DNA of 64,000 nucleotides, from NCBI GenBank assembly GCA_963785725.1, contig CAWAWS010000024.1, positions 128,001 to 192,000 on the forward strand, in the 5' to 3' direction. The notes under the pieces are model-generated. The model worked only from the letters and a program-made list of their open reading frames with translations, did not search any database and was not told the DNA's origin. Position numbers and translations under genes: made by a program. This stretch comes from an uncultured delta proteobacterium. GTDB taxonomy: Bacteria; Myxococcota_A; Polyangia; Palsa-1104. Shown here one piece after another: positions 44,920 through 54,167 of this stretch; within the stretch, counting starts at the first letter, position 1, and the number at the start of each line of letters is the position of its first letter.

Positions 44920-45975
44920 ATGGCGATTCTGCAAGCGCTCATCGCGTTCATCTCGCGCTCGGCGGGCACGATTCTGAACGCGATCTTCGGCTGGGCCGTG
45001 CGCGCGCTGTTCGGGCAGCCGACGCAGGCCGAGCAGCCGTTCCTGACGGGCGTGGTCGGCGCCGCGGCGGCCTGGCCGATCCTCTTGTTGGGCATCGCGT
45101 TCCCGAAAGTAGCGGCGATGGTGTTGGCGTTCGTCCCCTTTCACAACCACGTGCCGCCGTGGATCTTCCGCGTGGTCTGGCTGTCACTGGCGCTGATTGT
45201 GCCGATCGTCGTCGGTTTGGTGGTGGCGACGAAAGCGCCTCGCGGAAGCCTGCGCGAGCCGGTGTGGAAGCGGATTGCGCGCGGCTGGCCAATCACGATC
45301 GGCCTGGCCTCCTCGTTTTTCCTGATGTTCTTCACGGTGCCGGCGCTGAAGCTGGTGTCGCTCTTGCGCCGCCGACGGGACGAGCAGATGCCGCTCATCA
45401 CGCATTCGTCGACGTATCACGAAGTGGCGGAGCTCGTCGTCGAGACGCTCGACCGCCACGACATGCCGGTGCGACCGGCCAAGCCGGGCTGGTGGATCAC
45501 GGCGCCGACGACGATTCTGTTGCGGCTGGGCGGCGATGCCTTCCGCGGCTACGTGCCCGATCGTCTCGAATATTTCCGCAGCCCGACGCTCGAGGTCGCG
45601 CTCTATCCGAACGGGCTGCTACTGCGCGGGCCGAAGCTGCGCGTGGCGCGGGCGCATGCGCTGGTCTCGGAGGCGCTGTCGCACTCGCAGGCGCTGCAGA
45701 CGCTCGATCCCAAAGCGCAGGATTTGGAGCAGCGGATTCACCGCTTGTGGGAGCAGCTCGATCGCGATCCGGGGCAGATCGATTCGCAGCCGCTGTTACA
45801 AGCGATGACGCGGATCGCGCGCGATGTGAGCATGTCGCAGCTGCCGTTCGAGGATTGGCAGGTCATCTATCGACAAATGCTGCAGCTCGATCGCGAGCTA
45901 CACGGACAGCCGCAGCTGCTCGACAGTCAGCCGACACCAGCGGCGGTGCGTCGGGAGCAGTCCGCGGTTCATTAG
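44920..45975 (+). CDS. Hypothetical membrane protein
   Basis: Four to five hydrophobic segments followed by a soluble domain. Confidence 0.75.
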   Translation: MAILQALIAFISRSAGTILNAIFGWAVRALFGQPTQAEQPFLTGVVGAAAAWPILLLGIAFPKVAAMVLAFVPFHNHVPPWIFRVVWLSLALIVPIVVGLVVATKAPRGSLREPVWKRIARGWPITIGLASSFFLMFFTVPALKLVSLLRRRRDEQMPLITHSSTYHEVAELVVETLDRHDMPVRPAKPGWWITAPTTILLRLGGDAFRGYVPDRLEYFRSPTLEVALYPNGLLLRGPKLRVARAHALVSEALSHSQALQTLDPKAQDLEQRIHRLWEQLDRDPGQIDSQPLLQAMTRIARDVSMSQLPFEDWQVIYRQMLQLDRELHGQPQLLDSQPTPAAVRREQSAVH

Positions 45976-46029
45976 AAGAAGATAGATCGTCAGCGCCTTT
46001 GGTGCGTTCGAACGCAGCGGAGGTCTCTC

Positions 46030-46245
46030 ATGATGCCACTGCTCTTGATCCTCGGGCTGACCGCGACGACGCCGCAGCCACGGCCGCAGCGTATCGATAT
46101 CGACGACGACGAAGTGGTCGAAGGCGGCCTGGCGAACGCCGAAGGTCAGGAGGTCTTCGCGCGCAAACAGGCGAAGTTCGGCTCGTTGCTGCACCTGCGC
46201 AGCGACTTTCGGCCGGAGCTGATCCATTCGGCCGATCGCGACTGA
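46030..46245 (+). CDS. CglF/GltF-like small secreted protein
   Basis: GGAGG RBS, short signal peptide, IDIDDDEVVEG...RK..GSLL.LR.DF pattern resembling myxobacterial CglF. Confidence 0.6.
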   Translation: MMPLLLILGLTATTPQPRPQRIDIDDDEVVEGGLANAEGQEVFARKQAKFGSLLHLRSDFRPELIHSADRD

Positions 46246-46280
46246 GCGCGTGCGCGTCGGCGGCAGGTTTTGAACGGCTG

Positions 46281-49200
46281 CTAGTCGCCGTCGCGCAGGA
46301 TGTGCAGGAAGGCGACCATGTCGTCGGCGCGACCGACGAAGGCGCGAGCCACACGCGCGCTCAAGCGGGCGGCGGGCGCGCCTCGGTCGGCGACGTCGTT
46401 GAGCGCCTTTTGCGCGGCGGTTCCGTGCGGACCGTCGGCTTGGCGCGCGAGCGCGAGGGCCGCGGCATAACGAACATCGGCGTCGGCCTCTTCTTCCAGC
46501 CGTGTCACCAGCTGATCGGTGGGCAGCTCGGCCCACGCCACGCCGAGCCCAGCGACAGCGGCGGCGCGCACGTCACGCGATGGGTCGGCGAGCGCGCGCG
46601 TCAGGAGCGGCGCCGCGTCCTTGCCCATGCGCATGAGGCCGCGCACGGCGGCGACGCGCACGCGTTCGCTGCCGTCACCGAGCGCCGATTCGAGCGTCTT
46701 CTCGGCGATCGGTCCGCCGACCTGCCCGATGGCTTCGAGCGCGGCCGGGCGAACGTCGGGATCGGGGCTGCGCGCGGCCTGCGCCAGCGCCGTCGCGGCC
46801 TTGGCGCCGACGAGCCCGCGCACGGCCGCGACGCGCACGGCGGCATCGCGATCGCCGAGCGCACCGACGAGCGACGCGACGTTGGCTGCGCCGAGACCGC
46901 CGGCATATTCGGCTGCCGCGCGACGGACGCCGGCATCGGAGTCGGCCAATGCCGCTCGCACCGCGCCCGCCGCACCGACGGCGCCGGCGGTAGTCGCGAT
47001 CTCGATCTTGTCGGCGGGCGAGCCGCTGGCGAACGCTTGCAGCAGGCTCTTGTCGAGATCGCCGGCGCCGGGGCCGATCTCGCGCGCCGCATGTCGCGCC
47101 GCTGCGCGTACCGTCGGATCTTTGTCGCCGACGAGCGCCGCCAACGCCGGACCGGCTTCGCGCGCGGCCGGACCGAGCGCGCCCAGCGCCATCGCCGCTT
47201 CGGCGCGCACGCTCGGATCGGCATCGGCGCCGAACGACGCCGCGGCTTTGGCGGCCGCGCCGGCGAGCGGCGTCTTGGCAGCGCGACCAAGCGCACCGGC
47301 CGCACGCTTGCGCGCCGCCGGGTCGGGATCGTGGCCGGCCGCCTTCAACGCTGCGATCGCCTCTTTGCCGCCATGGGCCAGCACGTCACCGAGCGCACCG
47401 GCGGCATCGGCGCGCACGTCGGCGACCTTGTCATGCACGAGCCGACCGAGCGCGCCGGCCGCGAGGCCGGGCTTGGCTTCGGCGAGCCGACCGAGCGCCT
47501 CGATGGCCGCCTTGCGCGTCGTCGGACGCGCGCCTTTGACGGTCGCCTCGAGCGCCTGCGCCGCCGCCGCGACACCGAGCTTTTGCGCCTGCGCGCCCAG
47601 CGTCTCGACCGCCGCTTTCTCGACTTCGGGACCGCCACCTTTGGCTTCCTTGATGAGCAGCGGCAACGCCTCCCGACCGAGCACCGGCAACGAACGCACC
47701 GCTTCGGCACGGACTTCGGCAGCGGAGTCGTATTCGAGCACTTTGAGCTGCTTGGGCGTATCGACCGTCTTCGGCAGGAGACCGATCGTCGCCGCGGCGG
47801 CTGCGCGCATCGGCGTCGGGCCCTTCATGGCTTCGACGACTTTGGCTTGCGCTTCGTCAGGCTTGGCGCGCGCCAGCAGCGGCATCGCCATCGCCATCAC
47901 GCGTGGCGAGCCGGCGATCGTCGCCAGCGCTTCGGGCGTCTTCGGCCGTCGCCGCAACATACGCAATGCTTCGAGGCGAATGTCGTCGGGCGCTTTCGGA
48001 TCGAGCGCCACCTGCGTGACCGCTTGCTCGGCTGCGTCCGCGGACGGACCGCTGCCGTCGAGCAGGCGCGACAGGATCGCCGTCGCGTCAGCGCGGGCCG
48101 GGCCGATCATCGCTTTGCCGAGCGCCGCCGCCGCGCCGGGAGAGCGCGCCGTCTGCGCGCCGATCGCTTCGAGCGCGTTGCGACGCACGACGGGATCGCC
48201 CGTCTGCGCCAACGCGGCGGTCAACAGCGGAGCCGACTGCTCGTCGGGCAGACGGCCGATCGCCTCCAACGCCAACGCGCGCACCGACGCCGAGCCGTCG
48301 CGCAACGCCGACGAGAGCATGGGCGCGCCCGCGCCGGCCTCACGCCGTTCGAGCGCCGCCGCCGCTTGCACGGCCCGTCGCCGCACGTCCTCGGACGGAT
48401 CTTGCAGCGCCTTGGTCAAGAGGGCGATCGTCTCGGGACCACCTTTGGCCGCGCCCGCCAACGCCTCGACGACGGCCGGTCGCAGCGACGGATCTTCGTA
48501 AGCCTCGGCGAGCAGCTTCACGTCACCGTCGACGATGAGCGACATCACCGCGCGCGGCAGCGGACGCAGCGCGCCGACCAGCCGCCGCAGCCAATCGTCG
48601 CCGCCGCGCGGCCCGGCACCTTCGGGCACCCCGCCGGCCAGCGCGGCGCGCGCGAAGCCGGAGTCGGCGATGACGGCGCCGAAGCGTGGCGAATGCGGCA
48701 GAACGCCGAGCGCCATCGCCGGCCGGCCCAGCCGAACGACGACGGGCGCGCCCGGATCCGGCGCGGCATCGAGGAAGTAATTGCGCCCGTAGCTGCCATA
48801 GAGCGCGGCCAGGCCGACGATCGGCAACGCCAGCAGCGCCGCCGTCACCGCCATGCCGACTTGGCGCGAACGGCGAACGAGCGCCTCCTCTTCCGGCGCC
48901 AGCGCACCCGCGAACCGACGAATCTCACGCACTTGACCGATCGACAGCAGCCCATTGGCTTCGATCTTCTCGCGCATCGTCAGCCGCGCCGCGACGCCAC
49001 GACCGCGCGCTTCGCCGGTGTATGCGCGCGCCAACGGGCGCGCCCACTCGGTCGACATCGTATAGCCGCCGTCCACTTTCCGCGTCAGGTGCTCGGCGCG
49101 CAGATCGTCGGCCAGCTTCTTGGCGTGCGCTTCGGTGACATCGGCCGCGCGCGCCAATTGATCGAGCGTCGCCACGCCGCGATCGGGCAGCGCGGCCAGC

Positions 49201-50021
49201 TCGGCCAACGCGCGCGCCGCCGGACGACCGCCGGCCGCTGCGCACGCCTTTTCGAAGAAGCGCCAGGCCAACACTTCGGCGCCGCCCGAGCGACGCCACG
49301 CCTTGGCCGTGTTGAGCCGGAGGTTGACCGCCGTGCCGCATACGAGCTGCAGCTCCGACGGCGAGACCGGGCCCGACTTGCACAGATCGACGGCGATTTC
49401 GCGCGACAGGCCGCTCTCGAAGTAGGCGCCGCCACCGAGAACGGTGCGCTCGACGGCGTCGGCGACGTGCGCCTCTTCCATGCGTTCGAGGTGCATGCGA
49501 CCGCCGCCGCCACCGAGGCTGCCGATCTTCTTCTCGATCGCTTGCAGGCGCCACAAGTCGCCGTCCTCGATGACGAACAGGATCTTCATGCCGCGCACGC
49601 TGCCGGCCTTTTGCAGGATGCGCAGCAGCTGCTCCATGCGCACGCCGCCGTCGAGCGCGGCGCCCAAGTCGTCGACGACGAGCAGCGCGCCGCCGGGAGC
49701 CGCAGCGGGCACGGCCTCCTCGTCGAGCGTCATGCCTTCGACGACGCCGCAGGCGACGCCGCGCGACTTCAGCGTCGGAATCACGCCGGCACGCACGAGC
49801 GAGGTCTTGCCGACGCCCGCTTCGCCGAAGAGCAGCGCCGAGGCGCGATCGCCGGCGAGCAGCTCGGTCAGCTCGCTCAGCTCTCGTTCGCGACCGAAGA
49901 AGAGCGAACGATTGACCTCGGTGAAGGGAACGAGCGGCTTGAACGGGCCGAAATCGCGCGACCGCGGTACGAGGAGACTGGCGGAGCGCGAGCTCGGTTG
50001 ACGGGCGGAGACGGTAGCCAC
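46281..50021 (-). CDS. STAND-type NTPase (nSTAND1-like) - TM - HEAT-repeat protein
   Basis: PF.PL..F....FFGRE, Walker A GEAGVGKTS, Walker B LLVVDD, TM AVTAALLALPIVGLAALY, many L.D....VR..A..ALG repeats; start uncertain (GTG 50021 or ATG 50081). Confidence 0.8.
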   Translation of the reverse strand: MATVSARQPSSRSASLLVPRSRDFGPFKPLVPFTEVNRSLFFGRERELSELTELLAGDRASALLFGEAGVGKTSLVRAGVIPTLKSRGVACGVVEGMTLDEEAVPAAAPGGALLVVDDLGAALDGGVRMEQLLRILQKAGSVRGMKILFVIEDGDLWRLQAIEKKIGSLGGGGGRMHLERMEEAHVADAVERTVLGGGAYFESGLSREIAVDLCKSGPVSPSELQLVCGTAVNLRLNTAKAWRRSGGAEVLAWRFFEKACAAAGGRPAARALAELAALPDRGVATLDQLARAADVTEAHAKKLADDLRAEHLTRKVDGGYTMSTEWARPLARAYTGEARGRGVAARLTMREKIEANGLLSIGQVREIRRFAGALAPEEEALVRRSRQVGMAVTAALLALPIVGLAALYGSYGRNYFLDAAPDPGAPVVVRLGRPAMALGVLPHSPRFGAVIADSGFARAALAGGVPEGAGPRGGDDWLRRLVGALRPLPRAVMSLIVDGDVKLLAEAYEDPSLRPAVVEALAGAAKGGPETIALLTKALQDPSEDVRRRAVQAAAALERREAGAGAPMLSSALRDGSASVRALALEAIGRLPDEQSAPLLTAALAQTGDPVVRRNALEAIGAQTARSPGAAAALGKAMIGPARADATAILSRLLDGSGPSADAAEQAVTQVALDPKAPDDIRLEALRMLRRRPKTPEALATIAGSPRVMAMAMPLLARAKPDEAQAKVVEAMKGPTPMRAAAAATIGLLPKTVDTPKQLKVLEYDSAAEVRAEAVRSLPVLGREALPLLIKEAKGGGPEVEKAAVETLGAQAQKLGVAAAAQALEATVKGARPTTRKAAIEALGRLAEAKPGLAAGALGRLVHDKVADVRADAAGALGDVLAHGGKEAIAALKAAGHDPDPAARKRAAGALGRAAKTPLAGAAAKAAASFGADADPSVRAEAAMALGALGPAAREAGPALAALVGDKDPTVRAAARHAAREIGPGAGDLDKSLLQAFASGSPADKIEIATTAGAVGAAGAVRAALADSDAGVRRAAAEYAGGLGAANVASLVGALGDRDAAVRVAAVRGLVGAKAATALAQAARSPDPDVRPAALEAIGQVGGPIAEKTLESALGDGSERVRVAAVRGLMRMGKDAAPLLTRALADPSRDVRAAAVAGLGVAWAELPTDQLVTRLEEEADADVRYAAALALARQADGPHGTAAQKALNDVADRGAPAARLSARVARAFVGRADDMVAFLHILRDGD

Positions 50022-50079
50022 GCCGTATCTTAACGGAATTAGGGTTGCCAAAACAGGCGGCAGCAAGGATCTTTCACCC

Positions 50080-51324
50080 ATGCGCACGCACCCGCGCCGC
50101 GGCGGTCGCGTCGGCAGCCTGTGGCGTGCCGAGCTCGCGCGCGGCCTTACGGCGCAAATGGCCGGGGACGACGACGCGGCGCGCACGGCCATGACCCGCG
50201 CGGCGACGCTGGCGCCGGACGCGGCCGAGCCGCCGTTCGCGCTCGGGCGCCTGGCCGAGCGCAACGGCCGCGGCGACGAGGCCGAGCGGCATTACCGGCG
50301 CGCGTTGCAGCTGCGTCCGAGCTGGCCGTTGGCGGCGGCAGCGCTGGCGCGGCGGCTCGGGCTGCAGTCGCGACCGGCGTTTGGCGAGGCTGCGCAGCCC
50401 GCGCGGGCGGTTGATGCTGCTCGGTCGGCGCAGGCGGTCGATGCGACACAGTCCGCGCGGGCAGCCGATGCGACACGGTCCGCGAAAGCCGCTGAAGCCG
50501 CGCAGTCCGCGCGGGCGGCCGAAGCCGATCGTCTCCTGCAGGCGACACTGGCGAGCGCGCCCGATCATCCGCTGCTGCTGATGGTGACGGGCGAGCTGGC
50601 GCTGGAACGCGAGCGCGCCGCCGACGCCATCGCCGCGTTTTCGGCCGCGCGCCAAGCCGGCGCGGACGCGGCGGTCGTCGACCACGCGCTCGCTCGCGCC
50701 CACAATCTGGCCGCGATCGCGCTCGCCGATGACGGGCGCAGCGACGAAGCGCTCTTTGGTTTTCGCCGCGCTTGCGTGCTCGCTCCGACGTGGGCGCCGC
50801 CGCGCGTGAACCTGGGCGCGCTGTGGCAGCGGCTGAACAAGCCGCTCGAGGCGCTGCGTCAGTATCGGCAGGCGGTGGCGCTCGATCCGCGGAACGGCAC
50901 GGCGCAGCTGAATTTAGGGCTGCTCCTGCGCGATCGCCACGACTTGGCGGGCGCGACGCGGGCGCTCACGGCGGCCTACGCGACGGCCGATCCGCCGCAT
51001 CCGCGCGCGCGAATGGAGCTGGCGCTGACGCTCTCGGCGCAGGGCGAGCATGCGCGCGCCATCGCGCTGTTCGCCGCGGAAGCCCAACACGGCGACGGCA
51101 ATCGCGCGACCGCATACGCGAACCTCGGTGTCGCTTGGCTGTTGGCGAACGACCTGACCAAGGCGCAACAAGCGCTGCAGACGGCGCTCGCGCTCGACCC
51201 GACGCAGGCCGCCGCGCTGCGCAACCTCGCCCACGTGCTCGCGCGCCGCGGCCGCCTCGTCGACGCCGCCGTGCTCGTCCGGCGCGCCAACGGGAACTCG
51301 CACGCCCGAGCGGAGTCCAAATGA
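50080..51324 (+). CDS. TPR-repeat protein
   Basis: Repeated NLG....A...YR.A..LDP units. Confidence 0.8.
   Translation: MRTHPRRGGRVGSLWRAELARGLTAQMAGDDDAARTAMTRAATLAPDAAEPPFALGRLAERNGRGDEAERHYRRALQLRPSWPLAAAALARRLGLQSRPAFGEAAQPARAVDAARSAQAVDATQSARAADATRSAKAAEAAQSARAAEADRLLQATLASAPDHPLLLMVTGELALERERAADAIAAFSAARQAGADAAVVDHALARAHNLAAIALADDGRSDEALFGFRRACVLAPTWAPPRVNLGALWQRLNKPLEALRQYRQAVALDPRNGTAQLNLGLLLRDRHDLAGATRALTAAYATADPPHPRARMELALTLSAQGEHARAIALFAAEAQHGDGNRATAYANLGVAWLLANDLTKAQQALQTALALDPTQAAALRNLAHVLARRGRLVDAAVLVRRANGNSHARAESK
50383..50526 (+). repeat. In-frame 27-bp degenerate tandem repeat (5.3 units)
   Basis: GEAAQPARA/VDAARSAQA/VDATQSARA/ADATRSAKA/AEAAQSARA/AEA. Confidence 0.85.
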
Positions 51325-51929
51325 TCATGCACTCTCGATTTCGCGCCCGGGTTTCGGCTCGCGTCGGCATGCTGGCGACGATCGTGCTGCTCGCCGGCTG
51401 CGCGCGCCATGCGTCGGGCAGCTTCTTCGTCGCGCCGCAATATCCCGACGGTCCGGCGGGCCTGAAGCAGCTGTGGACCGACATCCTCGACGCGGCCAAA
51501 GGCGACGAACGCGAGCGCGTGCACGACCTCATGGCGACGACGTTCATGAGCGACGCCGAGCTGACGCGCCTGTTCGGCGATAAAGCGCCGTCGCTCGTGC
51601 CGCGCTATCACCAGCTGATGGGCACGCTCGTCAATCGCGGCGCCGTCGAGCTCGTGGCCAACGTCTTCGACCGCAAATACGACGCCATCGACGTCGTCAC
51701 CGACGAAAACGACGCGCCGCTCGCCGCCGCGCTCGCCGAGCCGCACCCGCTGTATTCGGTGCGCGTCCGCAAAGCGACCGAGCCGCGCGGCCTACGCTAC
51801 GACGCCTTCTTTTATCTCGACGGGAAATGGCGCACGGCGAATCAGCTCGGCAAATTCCTGGCTCCGCCGGCGCCGCCACCGATGACGACGATTACGCCGC
51901 CGACCAAGCCCGCCAAGCCGGTCAAATAG
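51321..51929 (+). CDS. Hypothetical lipoprotein
   Basis: ATGA overlap with the TPR gene, lipobox LAGC, Pro-rich tail. Confidence 0.7.
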   Translation: MIMHSRFRARVSARVGMLATIVLLAGCARHASGSFFVAPQYPDGPAGLKQLWTDILDAAKGDERERVHDLMATTFMSDAELTRLFGDKAPSLVPRYHQLMGTLVNRGAVELVANVFDRKYDAIDVVTDENDAPLAAALAEPHPLYSVRVRKATEPRGLRYDAFFYLDGKWRTANQLGKFLAPPAPPPMTTITPPTKPAKPVK

Positions 51930-52377
51930 CGCGGCGCTGCTCGAGAAACTTCCGCACGTCGTCGAGGTGCCGCGAAATCTGCACCTCGTGGTGAAACACC
52001 GCCTGCACGACGCCCTGCTCGTCGATGACGAACGTGATGCGCTGCGGCAGCTTGATGAGCGGCCACAACACGCCGAAGGACTCGCAGATGCGCTTGTCCT
52101 CGTCGCTGACGAGCGCGAACGGCAGCTTGTTGTCGCTGGCGAAGCGACATTGCGCGCTGAAGCTGTCGGCGCTGATGCCGATGACCTCGGCGCCCATCTT
52201 GCGGATCTCGTCGTAGTTGTCGCGAAATTGCCGCGTCTCGATGGTGCAGCCCATCGTGAACGCCTTCGGGAAGAAGTAGATGACCACCGGCCGACCGCGC
52301 AACGCGCTCAACGACACGGGCTCGCCGTTGGTCGTCTGCGCGCTGAAATCGGGCGCGCTGTCGCCGATCTTGAGCAT
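51922..52377 (-). CDS. bcp: Peroxiredoxin (Bcp/PrxQ family)
   Basis: APDF, FFPKAFTMGCTIE, RITFVID. Confidence 0.88.
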   Translation of the reverse strand: MLKIGDSAPDFSAQTTNGEPVSLSALRGRPVVIYFFPKAFTMGCTIETRQFRDNYDEIRKMGAEVIGISADSFSAQCRFASDNKLPFALVSDEDKRICESFGVLWPLIKLPQRITFVIDEQGVVQAVFHHEVQISRHLDDVRKFLEQRRAI

Positions 52378-52500
52378 GTTCCGTTTAGATGCGACGACGC
52401 CGCGGCGGTTTCAAGCGGAAACGGTGATTCGCCTGCGTAAATCCACGCAAAAGTAGTTGGATTGCGGTGGGAGGGGGTGACCGTGCAATGATTCGGGTCG

Positions 52501-52929
52501 ATGGGTGCAAACTGGAGAGGGCGTTCGGCTTGGCTCGCGGCGGGCGTCCTCGTGCTCTTCGCGCGACCGTCGGGCAGCGCGCCGGCCGACGACGGCGTGC
52601 CGAGCGGAATGATCGCCTACTTCACCGGCGCCAACGGCTGTCCCAACGGCTGGACGGCGGCGACCGAGGCGGCCGGACGCATCGTGGTCGGCGTCACTGA
52701 CGTCAACAACATCGGCCTCGGCACCGGCACGCCGCTCGGCGACCAAGAAGATCGCGTGCACACGCACTCCTTCGCAGCGACGGCGTCGATCGACAACAAG
52801 AACATCGCGGCGGCCGGCGGCGGCAACGACTCGGCCGCCCAAGCCGGCGCGATCGCGACGGCCGGGATGACCGAAGAGGCGACGACCGGTCTGCCCTTTA
52901 CGCAGCTCATCGTGTGCAAAAAGCCATGA
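52501..52929 (+). CDS. Secreted protein with one tail-collar-like domain
   Basis: Signal peptide; PSGMIAYF..CPNGW...GR..VG...HTH...LPF..L..CKK. Confidence 0.65.
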   Translation: MGANWRGRSAWLAAGVLVLFARPSGSAPADDGVPSGMIAYFTGANGCPNGWTAATEAAGRIVVGVTDVNNIGLGTGTPLGDQEDRVHTHSFAATASIDNKNIAAAGGGNDSAAQAGAIATAGMTEEATTGLPFTQLIVCKKP

Positions 52930-53747
52930 AGCGACGACTCGTGCTCCTCCTCGCGCTCGCCGTGAGCGGCTGTAAATTCCACGCCGGTGGCCTCGACATG
53001 GCCGACGACGCCGGCGTCCCCGACGATCTCGCCGTCGCTGCCGCCAGCGATCCCTTGCCCAAGAGCATCATCGAGCTGTTCCATGCGCAGGGCTGCCCGA
53101 GCGGCTGGGTCAGCTATCCCCTGGCCAAGGGGCGCACGATCGTCCCCGCGCCCGACGTCGACGGCGGCTCTGGCGACAGCTGGGGCGACCCGCTCGGCGA
53201 CGGCGAAGACCGCGAGCACGGCCACGACGGCGGCGTCTTCACGAGCTCGCTCGGATCGACCTCGTTCGCGGGCATCGCCGGCGGCGGGCTCGGCGTCGGC
53301 AAGTCGGGCGACGTCACCGTCGCCGTCGCCGGGTCGAGCGATCACGCCGCGCTCCCGTATGTCGATCTGCTCGCGTGCAAGAAAGTCGCGAACCCGACGC
53401 CGGCGTCCTTGCCGCTGCCGACGGGGCTCCTGGGCTACTTCGAGTATCAATGCCCGGCGGGTTGGAATCGCCCGTCGTCGCTGCAAGGGCGCTATCTCGT
53501 CGGCTTGCCGGCGGGCGGCGCGATCGGCGCGTCGTTCGGCGGCCCGTCGCTGGCGTCGGGCGAGGGGCGGACGCACACGCACAACCTGACCGGCACCTTG
53601 GCGACGACGGCCAAAGGCGTGGCGCTCGTCTCCGGCTGCTGCGCCGACGGCTACGCCAAGAATAGCCCGGTCACGTTCACCGGCACGACGCCGCCCGCCA
53701 GCGCCGCGCTGCCCTACCTACAACTGGTCGCGTGCGTGTCGAACTGA
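52926..53747 (+). CDS. Lipoprotein with two tail-collar-like domains
   Basis: Lipobox VSGC; CPSGW..GR..HGH..LPY..L.AC and CPAGW..GR..HTH..LPY..L.AC. Confidence 0.65.
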   Translation: MKRRLVLLLALAVSGCKFHAGGLDMADDAGVPDDLAVAAASDPLPKSIIELFHAQGCPSGWVSYPLAKGRTIVPAPDVDGGSGDSWGDPLGDGEDREHGHDGGVFTSSLGSTSFAGIAGGGLGVGKSGDVTVAVAGSSDHAALPYVDLLACKKVANPTPASLPLPTGLLGYFEYQCPAGWNRPSSLQGRYLVGLPAGGAIGASFGGPSLASGEGRTHTHNLTGTLATTAKGVALVSGCCADGYAKNSPVTFTGTTPPASAALPYLQLVACVSN

Positions 53748-53805
53748 GTTGACTTGCGGACCAGGGGTGAAGTAGTCAGAATCTCGCTTCGCGCAGAAAA
53801 GGTCT

Positions 53806-53882
53806 GGTGGCTGTAGCTCAGTCGGTAGAGCAGTGGATTGTGGATCCACGGGTCGCGGGTTCAAGCCCCGTCAGTCACCCCA
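53806..53882 (+). tRNA. tRNA-His (GTG)
   Basis: Acceptor stem GTGGCTG/CAGTCAC, G-1 with C discriminator, anticodon arm GTGGA-TTGTGGA-TCCAC, T-loop TTCAAGC, encoded CCA. Confidence 0.95.
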
Positions 53883-53887
53883 TCATG

Positions 53888-53920
53888 AAGGCCCTAACCC
53901 ACCGCGGTTAGGGCCTTTTT
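53888..53920 (+). terminator. Rho-independent terminator of tRNA-His
   Basis: 12-bp stem AAGGCCCTAACC/GGTTAGGGCCTT running into a T tract. Confidence 0.85.
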
Positions 53921-54167
53921 CGTTCCGGACCGCTGTCGGTAGCTCCCCGAAAACTGCTCTGGTGACACGCTCGCCACGTGAACATAGATCATTGCAGTCG
54001 AAAAACCGCGGCGCCGATTCCGCGGTCGATCTGCGTGCGACAACTGCGCGCACAGAGATCGATCGTACTCGTTCATCGAGGCGCGTCGTGACGGTTGAGC
54101 TTGGAATGGATAGCGACCGCGATCTGGCGCCGCTGGAGCGCGCCGACGCGCGCGCAGTCGACCGCGG

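Noticed and set aside
43113..50033. 2306-aa plus-strand ORF
   Set aside because: Arg/Ala-rich shadow frame overlapping comF and smpB and antisense to the HEAT protein; stop-poor frames are expected at this GC content
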